From Candidatus Doudnabacteria bacterium (GTDB lineage: Bacteria > Patescibacteriota > Doudnabacteria > UBA920), in contig JAEUSF010000001.1 in NCBI GenBank assembly GCA_016788665.1, forward strand, positions 1 to 46,221: a stretch of DNA of 46,221 nucleotides, read 5' to 3'. The first letter of the stretch is position 1. Each line of letters begins with the position of its first letter. The translations under genes were made by a program, and so were the position numbers. This document shows, in pieces, positions 1 to 7,805 of the stretch. The notes under the pieces were generated by a model that did not search any database, had not been told where the DNA came from, and saw nothing but the letters and a program-made list of their open reading frames with translations.

Positions 1-82
1 TCATAGACATTTGGTTAATAGTTAACAGGTGTAACCGTTAAGTTTACCAAATGTAACCGATAGGTGTTAACTATACACCCTA

Positions 83-111
83 TTTACTCTTTCCTTTTTC
101 CTCTATATAAT
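83..111 (+). promoter_or_regulatory. sigma70-like promoter TTTACT-17-TATAAT
   Basis: TTTACT at 83-88, a 17-nt spacer and TATAAT at 106-111. No ORF follows before the terminator at 296-326. Confidence 0.35.
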
Positions 112-117
112 GTACTC

Positions 118-326
118 AAAGCCTACATTTCGGCCGTCACCGAAAATTGTATCTATATAGATACCAGGCGTGAAAAGAAAACCTTGATGTATATCAACGT
201 TCTAGAATTCACCGGCGACCACCCGTTAAAATGGTAAATTAAGTCGCCCCCTGGCGAAATTTGAGATGGTACCGCCCTACTAAATTAGGGCTCTCAAGCA
301 TCACTTTTGTGATGTTTTTTGTTTTT
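118..326 (+). ncRNA. candidate ~200-nt small RNA or orphan leader (unclassified)
   Basis: Lies between a promoter-like element and an intrinsic terminator and contains no ORF. Hairpins: 128-133/140-145; a 16-bp palindrome GTATCTATATAGATAC; GGCGAC/GTCGCC; GCCCTA/TAGGGC. Confidence 0.3.
296..326 (+). terminator. rho-independent terminator
   Basis: Stem GCATCAC/GTGATGT with a TTTT loop, followed by TTTTTTGTTTTT. Confidence 0.6.
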
Positions 327-343
327 AAAAACATAACCTTTAT

Positions 344-375
344 GTCCATATATTCACGGCCGTGATATAATGGAC
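344..375. promoter_or_regulatory. palindromic operator candidate GTCC-N8-ACGGCCGT-N8-GGAC overlapping the promoter of the PaaX-like gene
   Basis: GTCC 344-347, ACGGCCGT 356-363, GGAC 372-375. TATAAT at 366-371 lies inside the right arm. TGTCCA at 343-348 sits 17 nt upstream as a weak -35. Confidence 0.5.
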
Positions 376-385
376 ACAAGACTTT

Positions 386-949
386 ATGTTAATAATAGAT
401 TCAAAAAAAATAACATCCGGAAGTAAACTCATTTTAGCACTGCTTCAAGCTGATCAAATGCTCGGGCATTCCATGAGTTTACTTTCTGTTAGAAATGCAG
501 TTTACCCCGAATACGCCGCTCATATTGCAGACAAACGATTAAACAGTCTTCTTTATAAGTTACATAGAAAAGGCTGGCTTAAAACTGAATACAAAGAAGC
601 AAAAAAAATAATTAAGCTAACCAGTAAGGGCGAGATGGAAGCACTTTTTAAAAAAGCACGTTTACCCCAGGAAACAAAAACTTGGGACAATAAATGGCGT
701 CTCATAACTTTTGATATTCCTGAAAATGCAAGACAAATCCGCGACAAACTACGCAAACTTTTAAAACAGTTTGGCTACAAACCTTTACAAGCTAGCGTAT
801 ATATAAGCCCCTATGCGATAAGCGAGGAAAGTGTTCAATATTTAAATCATACGGGACTAATAAGGTATATAAGAATTATGCGAGTAGATAAAATAGACAA
901 CCCAGGAGACCTCCTAAAAACATTCAAACTCAATGTGTCCAAAAAATAA
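386..949 (+). CDS. PaaX-like / Cas2-fold winged-helix transcriptional regulator
   Basis: The C-terminal motif WRLITFDIPENARQIRDKLRKLLKQFGYKPLQASVYISPY is typical of the PaaX C-terminal and Cas2-like ferredoxin fold. The N-terminal part looks like a wHTH. Confidence 0.75.
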   Translation: MLIIDSKKITSGSKLILALLQADQMLGHSMSLLSVRNAVYPEYAAHIADKRLNSLLYKLHRKGWLKTEYKEAKKIIKLTSKGEMEALFKKARLPQETKTWDNKWRLITFDIPENARQIRDKLRKLLKQFGYKPLQASVYISPYAISEESVQYLNHTGLIRYIRIMRVDKIDNPGDLLKTFKLNVSKK

Positions 950-968
950 CGGCCGTAACTTTTCGGAC
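937..968. promoter_or_regulatory. second copy of the GTCC-N8-ACGGCCGT-N8-GGAC palindrome
   Basis: GTCC 937-940, ACGGCCGT 949-956, GGAC 965-968, with the same spacing as the site at 344-375. It spans the stop codon of the regulator and lies 37 nt upstream of the valS ATG. Confidence 0.5.
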
Positions 969-1004
969 ACACACTTACTCCAAAGATTAAACAACATAAC
1001 TTAT

Positions 1005-3185
1005 ATGGAATTAGAAAAATCTTATAACGCAAACGATGTAGAGGAAAAAATTTACAAGATCTGGCAAGAGTCCGGTTACTTTAATCCTGACAAATTACCT
1101 GGGAAAAGAAAAGAACCCTATACCATTATTATGCCCCCGCCCAATGCCAATGCTCCGATGCATTTAGGACACGCATTGTTTGTTACTATTGAAGACATTT
1201 TAATCCGCTTTCAAAGAATGCAAGGCAAAAGAACACTTTGGCAGCCAGGAACAGATCATGCGGGTTTTGAAACTCAGGTCGTATATGAGAAAAAACTCGA
1301 TAAAGAAGGCCGGAGCCGTTTTTCCATGACCCGAGAAGATTTCTATAAAGAGGTCTGGGAATTTGTACAAGGCAACAAGCACATAACCGAAAACAGCTTA
1401 AAGCGCCTTGGAGCTTCCTGCGATTGGGACAGAAACATGTTCACCTTAGACCCGGAAATTATTAAGGTTGTTTACGGTACTTTTGAAAAAATGTATAACG
1501 ACGGACTTATTTACAAATCCGGACGTATTTGCAACTGGTGCCCCAAACACCAGACTGGCCTTGCTGACCTGGAAACCAAATACGAAGAAAGACAAGAACC
1601 TTTTTACTACTTTAAATACGGCCCTTTTACTATTGGTACCAGCAGACCAGAAACTAAGTTTGGGGACAAATACGTTGTAATGCACCCGGAAGATAAAAGA
1701 TACAAACAATATAAGCACGGAGACAAACTAGAACTAGAATGGATAAACGGACCAGTTACCGCTACGGTAATTAAAGATGAAGCAGTAGATATGGAATTCG
1801 GAACTGGCGTTATGACCATAACCCCAGCTCACGACCCTATCGACTTTGAAATTGCCCAAAGGCATAAGTTAGACAGCGAAACTGTTATAGACAAGCGCGG
1901 CAAACTTTTGCCTATCGCCGGCGAATTTGCAGGGTTAAAAATACTCGACGCCCGACCAAAAATTGTAGACAAGCTTAAAGAAAAAGGTTTACTCGAAAAG
2001 GTAGACGAAAACTACAAACACAATGTACAACTTTGCTACAAATGCGGAAATTTAATTGAGCCTCAGGTTGTAGACCAATGGTATATTGCCATGACCAAAT
2101 CCCTACCGGACGGCAGGCCAAGTTTACGGGACATGGCAATAAATGCACTTGAGAAAAAAGAAGTTGAAATCGTCACGGAAAGATTTGAAAAAGTATTTAG
2201 ACATTGGATGGAAAACCTGCGCGATTGGCCTATCTCCCGGCAAATCTGGTGGGGCATACCCATACCTGTTAAATACTGCTCGGACTGCAAAGAGGTAATT
2301 ATTGACATACAAGACAATATTAGCAGTTGTAAAAAGTGTGGGTCTGCCAAGTTAACAAAAGACCCTGACACTTTTGATACCTGGTTTTCTTCTGGACAAT
2401 GGCCATTTGCCACCTTAATGGCTAATGACGCAAAACATGGTACTGAAGACATTAAAAACTTCTTCCCCACTCAAGTCATGGAAACCGGCTGGGATATTTT
2501 GTTCTTTTGGGTTGCGCGTATGGTTATGCTCTCTTACTACAAAACCAACAAGCCACCTTTCCAAAAAGTTTATTTACATGGCTTAGTCCGAGACAAAGAC
2601 AGACAAAAAATGTCCAAAAGCAAAGGCAATGTTATAGACCCACTTGGAATAATAGACACTTACGGCACCGATGCCCTAAGGTTTGCGCTTGTGTTCTCAA
2701 CCGCTGCCGGTAACGACATCCCCCTTGCCGAAGACAAAATAAAAGGCATGAAGCATTTTGGCAATAAACTTTGGAACATCGCCAGGTTCATAATTATGAA
2801 TTTGGAAATTACAAATTACAAATTACAAATTACAAATCCGGAAGGAAGTACAGAAGCAGACAGGGCCATACTCACCAAACTCGAAGCCTTAATTAAATCC
2901 TCCACGAACCATTTAGAAAACTTTAGATTACACGAAGCAGCTCAGGAAATTTACCATTTCACCTGGCACGAATTTGCAGACGTATATATTGAAGCTAGCA
3001 AAGTCCAACTTCAAGACGAAAACCTTAAAGCTTTTACCCTATCCACTCTCCACTACTCACTAACCACTGTTCTAAAACTACTCCACCCTTTCATGCCGTT
3101 TATAACCGAACATATTTGGAAAATCTTACAAGAAAAAAACTTAGCGGAGAAAAATTTACTTATGATTCAAGAGTGGCCAAAGTAA
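1005..3185 (+). CDS. valS: valine--tRNA ligase (short form without a long C-terminal coiled coil)
   Basis: HIGH-type motif PPPNANAPMHLGHA, KMSKS motif QKMSKSKGN and an editing-domain block TGVMTITPAHDPIDFE. The ATG at 1005 (MELEKSYNANDVEEKIY) is preferred over the ORF-track start at 933, which overlaps the upstream gene. Confidence 0.92.
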   Translation: MELEKSYNANDVEEKIYKIWQESGYFNPDKLPGKRKEPYTIIMPPPNANAPMHLGHALFVTIEDILIRFQRMQGKRTLWQPGTDHAGFETQVVYEKKLDKEGRSRFSMTREDFYKEVWEFVQGNKHITENSLKRLGASCDWDRNMFTLDPEIIKVVYGTFEKMYNDGLIYKSGRICNWCPKHQTGLADLETKYEERQEPFYYFKYGPFTIGTSRPETKFGDKYVVMHPEDKRYKQYKHGDKLELEWINGPVTATVIKDEAVDMEFGTGVMTITPAHDPIDFEIAQRHKLDSETVIDKRGKLLPIAGEFAGLKILDARPKIVDKLKEKGLLEKVDENYKHNVQLCYKCGNLIEPQVVDQWYIAMTKSLPDGRPSLRDMAINALEKKEVEIVTERFEKVFRHWMENLRDWPISRQIWWGIPIPVKYCSDCKEVIIDIQDNISSCKKCGSAKLTKDPDTFDTWFSSGQWPFATLMANDAKHGTEDIKNFFPTQVMETGWDILFFWVARMVMLSYYKTNKPPFQKVYLHGLVRDKDRQKMSKSKGNVIDPLGIIDTYGTDALRFALVFSTAAGNDIPLAEDKIKGMKHFGNKLWNIARFIIMNLEITNYKLQITNPEGSTEADRAILTKLEALIKSSTNHLENFRLHEAAQEIYHFTWHEFADVYIEASKVQLQDENLKAFTLSTLHYSLTTVLKLLHPFMPFITEHIWKILQEKNLAEKNLLMIQEWPK
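2806..2837 (+). repeat. heptanucleotide tandem array AAATTAC x4.5 inside valS
   Basis: AAATTAC at 2806, 2813, 2820 and 2827, plus AAAT. It is translated in frame as EITNYKLQITNPE. Confidence 0.9.
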
Positions 3186-3237
3186 ATTTACAAATTAACA
3201 ATTTTAAGGCAAAATGTTTTTAGGAACCGGGGGGTAG

Positions 3238-3744
3238 ATGAAAATCCTAAAGACTGTCTTGACACTAGGAATTTTGCTTTCAGTGCTGCTGAGCCTCAGG
3301 ATCTACTACCTTAGGCCAGTTATAGAAATCACAGGCAGTAAGGCCTGTCTGCCTGAACACCTGCACCACAAAACACACACTGACTGGGAGTTTAAAAAAC
3401 AAACCCCCTGGCACACTAACGTAATCTGTGATCACGGTCCGCCCCTGCAAGTTTGGGGTAACCAGGACTACTGGTCTGTGGCAGAAAACAAAAGAATAGG
3501 CCCAAAACCCATACCACGCCCAGGTGAGTGGCAGCTATCCCGAAAAACTTTTCCGACCCATAAAGGTCCGCGAGACCTGTACTACTTCGCATTCACCGTT
3601 CATATATTTGGCGAATGGTACCACTTCCGGGTAGCGGAATTTAGATGGGACGACGTAGACGGTTACTACATCTTTTTCTCCGCAGCAAGCAAGTTTCTGC
3701 CCATTGCCTGGGAAAGACTCCTGTGGCATCGCCAAAACGGCTAA
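3238..3744 (+). CDS. hypothetical N-terminally membrane-anchored or secreted protein (His/Trp/Pro-rich)
   Basis: 168-aa ORF with the hydrophobic N-terminus MKILKTVLTLGILLSVLLSL. A G-rich SD (CCGGGGGGTAG) sits directly before the ATG. It is visibly more G+C-rich than its neighbours and is followed by a terminator. Confidence 0.6.
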   Translation: MKILKTVLTLGILLSVLLSLRIYYLRPVIEITGSKACLPEHLHHKTHTDWEFKKQTPWHTNVICDHGPPLQVWGNQDYWSVAENKRIGPKPIPRPGEWQLSRKTFPTHKGPRDLYYFAFTVHIFGEWYHFRVAEFRWDDVDGYYIFFSAASKFLPIAWERLLWHRQNG

Positions 3745-3780
3745 CCCCGCTCCTTGCGAACAAAGAGCGGGGTTTTTATT
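3743..3780. terminator. bidirectional rho-independent terminator between the hypothetical gene and rpoC
   Basis: Stem CCCCGCTC/GAGCGGGG (3745-3752/3765-3772), flanked by an A-run and a T-run. Confidence 0.7.
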
Positions 3781-3799
3781 ATCTATCCTATTTATTTAC

Positions 3800-6700
3800 T
3801 TACTCATTTGAGTCAGAAGCAGCGGAAAGAGCTTCTTCGGCCTTCAGGACTTCTTTTGCCAAAGTAGCATTGAAACCTGTACCTGCCGGGATAAGCTTAC
3901 CAATAATTACGTTTTCTTTAAGACCTCTTAAATAGTCAGTCTTACCTGTAACAGCAGCCTCTATAAGCACGCGCGTGGTTTCCTGGAAGGAAGCAGCGGC
4001 CAAGAAAGAGTCTGTATTCAAAGAAACCTTAGTAATACCCATTAAAAGCTGTTCCGCTTTTGCCGGGTTTCTACCGCTCTTTTGCAACTCTTCATTTATG
4101 AAATTTAGCTTTGATTTGTCAGCAATCTCACCTTCGACAAATTCGCTATCACCTGCATTTAGAATGCGCATCTTGCTAAACATCTGTCTAACAATGACCT
4201 CAATATGCTTGTCATGAATTTGTTGACCTTGGGAAGTATATATATCCAACACTTCCTTAACTATATATTTCTGAGCTGGCTGAGCACCCTCTAAAGCCAT
4301 TATTAAATGAGGGTCCAAGTTTCCTTCAGTCAAACGCTGACCTTTGGCTACCAAATCGCCTTCCTTAACCATTAAAGAAAAAGAGGCTGGAATAATATAT
4401 TCTTTTACCAAATCACTTTCGTGAATAATTTCTATAACAGATTTCTCACCTTTTTTGGATATTTTAACAATGCCGCCAACCTTCGCCTTTACAGACTTGC
4501 CATCTTGGTCTATAAACAAAGACTCCCCTTCTTCAATATGACTTCCGTCTTTTATTGCCGAAGGTGCTCCATTTAAGTCATAAGTATCTTTTTCAACATC
4601 AGCCCCCTGTATTCTTAAAATATACTCTTTGTTATTTGGCTTGGTAATATATGCCTGACCATCTACTTCGGAGACAAAAGCCTGTCCTTTTGGCTGTCTA
4701 GCTTCAAAAAGCTCTTCTACACGAGGCAACCCTTGGGTAATATCTTTAACCGCAGCCGAACCACCAGTGTGGAAAGTACGCATAGTAAGCTGGGTACCCG
4801 GTTCACCAATTGCCTGTGCAGCCACAATACCTATTGCAGCACCCAAAGAAACCATTTTATTAAAACCCAAATCAAAACCGTAACACTGCCTGCAAATTCC
4901 TCTAGTAAGCTTGCACTTCAAAACGCTTCGGCACTTAACTTCGGTAATACCAGCCTTAACTATTTCTCTTGCGGTATGGTCATCTATGGCTTCATTTTTA
5001 TGAACCAGAACCTGACCATTCACCATAACATCTTCCGCCGCAACACGACCAAACAATCGTCTGTCAAACGCCTTATTCATTCTTTCACTTTCAACAGCGT
5101 CTATAATACCAAACTCTTCGGTACCGCAATCTTCAGCATTAATAACTATATCTTGCGCAACATCCACCAAACGTCTGGTTAAATAACCAGCGTCAGCAGT
5201 CCTGAGAGCAGTATCGGACATACCTTTACGGCTACCGTGAGTGGAAATAAAATATTCCAAAACTTGCAAACCTTCCTTAAAGCTACCTTTTACAGGAAGC
5301 TCAATAACGTCACCAGCAGGGTTAACCACCAAACCTTTCATACCAGACATCTGTGAAATCTGAGACATGCTACCACGTCCACCGGAAGTAAAAATATAAT
5401 TCACGCTCGAATGTTTGTCTACAGTTTTCGCAACGTCTTTAGAAAGTCTTTCGGAAACCTCAGCCCAAATTTCAATTACCCTATTCTTTCTTTCTTCTTC
5501 AGTTAAGAGACCTTCTCTAAATTGCTGATATGTTTCTTCCACAGATTTTTCTGCTTCCAAAAACATCGCATGCTTAGAAGTCGGAACCCTTAAGTCATCC
5601 ATACCCCAAGAGAGGCCGGACTTTTTCATATAGGTAAACCCAGTTCGCTTAATCTCATCAATAAGTTCTGCGGTTTTGTCGTTACCCAACAGCCTATGAG
5701 CTTCGCGAACAAGTCCTTGCAGGCGCTTCTTATCGAACTGCTCGTTATGAAAACCCATTTCTTTTGGAATGACTTTGTTGAATATAAGCCTGCCTACAGA
5801 AGTTTCAATGATCGTTCCTTCTTCTACGCCAGAGTCAGCCGGCATTCTAACTTTTACCGTAGCTTGTATATTTACATAGCCGTTATTGTAAGCCATTATA
5901 GCTTCCTGCGGATTAGTAAATATCTTACCTTCGCCCTTCAAGCCTTCGCGCATGGCTGTTATATAGTAGCAACCTACAACCACGTCTTTATCCGGAGTCA
6001 TAACAGGATCACCCGAAGCAGGCTTAAGCAAGTTATGAGCAGACACCATAATTTCCCTAGCTTCCTTTTGAGCAGCTTCTGTCAAAGGAACATGTACAGC
6101 CATTTGGTCACCATCAAAGTCAGCATTAAAAGCCGCACATACCATAGGATGGAGTTGTATAGCCTTACCTTCTATAAGCACAGGCTGAAAAGCTTGAAAA
6201 CCTAAACGGTGCAAAGTCGGGGCACGGTTAAGAAGCACATAATGATCTTTAGTCACCTCTTCTAAAATATCCCAAACTTCATTCCTGGCTTGTTCAATAA
6301 GCCTGTTGGCGCTTCGTACGTTATGAGCATATTCACGCGCAATAAGTTTAGAAATAACGAAAGGCTTAAACAATTCGAGTGCCATTACCTTTGGCAAACC
6401 ACACTGGTGAAGTTTAAGTTCTGGACCCACAACAATAACGCTACGTCCAGAATAGTCAACGCGCTTACCTAGCAAGTTCTGTCTAAAACGTCCCTGTTTA
6501 CCTTTAAGCATATCAGCCAAAGAACGGAGTTTTCTTTTTTGCCCAGTAGACGCGGTAACCTCTTTACCATGCCTTACCGAGTTATCTATAAGAGCGTCAA
6601 CTGCTTCCTGCAACATACGCTTTTCATTACGAGTGATAACTTCCGGCGCTTTTATTTCAAGTAATTTCTTTAAACGATTATTTCTGTTAATTACACGCCT

Positions 6701-7717
6701 GTATAAATCGTTCAAATCTGATGCAGCAAAGCGTCCACCATCTAACTGGACCATAGGACGAAGATCAGGAGGAATAACCGGAAGAATATCTATAAGCATC
6801 CACTCTGGCCTTAAGCCGGAGTTGATTAAAGATTTTACCAACTTCATCCTCTTTAAAACCTTTCTTAAAGCCTGTCCTTCCAAATTTGGCAAAACTGAAG
6901 ACAGCTCGGCCGAAAGCTCTTCTAGATTTATTTCTTCCAATAAACCCTTCAAACTTTCCGCACCAATACCTGCAGTGAATACAGGACCATACTTTAAAGA
7001 CAGGTCCCTATACTGTAATTCGCTTATAACTTGGTATTTCTTAATAGACTTCAGCTCGCTCCTTGCCTGATCACGTATATCTTCTAAAGAATCCAGCTCT
7101 TTACTCCAAGCATCCTTAAGTCTTGTTACTTCAGCGTCTATTTCTGCCTGCAAAACATCTGGGTCTTTACCAGCTTTTTGACCCTTCTCAGCTTTCACCT
7201 TACCTATCATTGCCTCATACTTTTCTTCTATGAGCCTCTTTTTGGCTTTAAATTCCTTTTCAATCTGTTCCAACATGGAAGCACGTGCCTCTTCATCAAC
7301 TTTGGTAACTATATAAGAAGCAAAATAAACAACTTTTTCTAGCTCCATAACGCCTAAATCTAAAATTAGGCCAAGCCTGGAAGGCACACCTCTCAAGAAC
7401 CAAATATGAGTAACAGGCACAGAAAGCTTTATATGCCCCATGCGTTCTCGACGCACAGAAGACTTAGTAACCTCAACTCCACACTTATCACACACTATGC
7501 CTTTATATCTTATGCGTTTATACTTTCCGCAATAACATTCCCAATCTTTTATTGGACCAAAAATCTTTTCGTCGAAAAGACCATCTTTTTCTGGACGCTG
7601 AGTTCTATAATTTATAGTTTCCGGTTTGGTAACCTCGCCATGAGACCAGGCTAACATTGTGTCAGGGCTGGCCAATTTTAGCCTAACGCCTTTAAAATCT
7701 TCTGTTTGAGTTAACAT
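3800..7717 (-). CDS. rpoC: DNA-directed RNA polymerase subunit beta'
   Basis: 1305-aa ORF with the zinc-binding CYCGKYKRIRYKGIVCDKCGVEV, the catalytic NADFDGDQM motif and trigger-loop/bridge-helix blocks. Confidence 0.98.
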   Translation of the reverse strand: MLTQTEDFKGVRLKLASPDTMLAWSHGEVTKPETINYRTQRPEKDGLFDEKIFGPIKDWECYCGKYKRIRYKGIVCDKCGVEVTKSSVRRERMGHIKLSVPVTHIWFLRGVPSRLGLILDLGVMELEKVVYFASYIVTKVDEEARASMLEQIEKEFKAKKRLIEEKYEAMIGKVKAEKGQKAGKDPDVLQAEIDAEVTRLKDAWSKELDSLEDIRDQARSELKSIKKYQVISELQYRDLSLKYGPVFTAGIGAESLKGLLEEINLEELSAELSSVLPNLEGQALRKVLKRMKLVKSLINSGLRPEWMLIDILPVIPPDLRPMVQLDGGRFAASDLNDLYRRVINRNNRLKKLLEIKAPEVITRNEKRMLQEAVDALIDNSVRHGKEVTASTGQKRKLRSLADMLKGKQGRFRQNLLGKRVDYSGRSVIVVGPELKLHQCGLPKVMALELFKPFVISKLIAREYAHNVRSANRLIEQARNEVWDILEEVTKDHYVLLNRAPTLHRLGFQAFQPVLIEGKAIQLHPMVCAAFNADFDGDQMAVHVPLTEAAQKEAREIMVSAHNLLKPASGDPVMTPDKDVVVGCYYITAMREGLKGEGKIFTNPQEAIMAYNNGYVNIQATVKVRMPADSGVEEGTIIETSVGRLIFNKVIPKEMGFHNEQFDKKRLQGLVREAHRLLGNDKTAELIDEIKRTGFTYMKKSGLSWGMDDLRVPTSKHAMFLEAEKSVEETYQQFREGLLTEEERKNRVIEIWAEVSERLSKDVAKTVDKHSSVNYIFTSGGRGSMSQISQMSGMKGLVVNPAGDVIELPVKGSFKEGLQVLEYFISTHGSRKGMSDTALRTADAGYLTRRLVDVAQDIVINAEDCGTEEFGIIDAVESERMNKAFDRRLFGRVAAEDVMVNGQVLVHKNEAIDDHTAREIVKAGITEVKCRSVLKCKLTRGICRQCYGFDLGFNKMVSLGAAIGIVAAQAIGEPGTQLTMRTFHTGGSAAVKDITQGLPRVEELFEARQPKGQAFVSEVDGQAYITKPNNKEYILRIQGADVEKDTYDLNGAPSAIKDGSHIEEGESLFIDQDGKSVKAKVGGIVKISKKGEKSVIEIIHESDLVKEYIIPASFSLMVKEGDLVAKGQRLTEGNLDPHLIMALEGAQPAQKYIVKEVLDIYTSQGQQIHDKHIEVIVRQMFSKMRILNAGDSEFVEGEIADKSKLNFINEELQKSGRNPAKAEQLLMGITKVSLNTDSFLAAASFQETTRVLIEAAVTGKTDYLRGLKENVIIGKLIPAGTGFNATLAKEVLKAEEALSAASDSNE

Positions 7718-7720
7718 ATA

Positions 7721-7755
7721 TAAGAATTTAGAATTTTGAATTATGAATTAAGAAG
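7721..7755. repeat. heptamer array (minus-strand sense AATTCWW x4) abutting the rpoC start codon
   Basis: Plus strand: TAAGAAT TTAGAAT TTTGAAT TATGAAT TAAGAAG. Minus strand: CCTTCTT AATTCAT AATTCAA AATTCTA AATTCTT ATAT ATG. Confidence 0.85.
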
Positions 7756-7805
7756 GAAACTTTGTATTTTATCAATAATGCAAAAGCATTAGCGACGACT
7801 ATAAC

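Noticed and set aside
1-82. Possible tRNA or tRNA-like gene on the minus strand (GGGTGTATAGTTAACACC...)
   Set aside because: There is no T-loop (GTTCRANYC), no D-loop consensus and no acceptor-stem complementarity. The segment instead contains repeated GTAACCG / GTTAAC / AGGTGT words and is cut by the window edge.
118-326. Fluoride (crcB) or ZTP (pfl) riboswitch
   Set aside because: Only short resemblances exist (GGCGA..., ACCGCC). The pseudoknot partners and conserved loops are missing, and the downstream gene is unrelated and has its own promoter.
386-949. The Cas2-like motif as evidence of a CRISPR-Cas locus
   Set aside because: There is no cas1, no other cas gene and no repeat-spacer array anywhere in the window. 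The architecture (N-terminal wHTH plus a Cas2-fold C-terminus) fits PaaX-like regulators.
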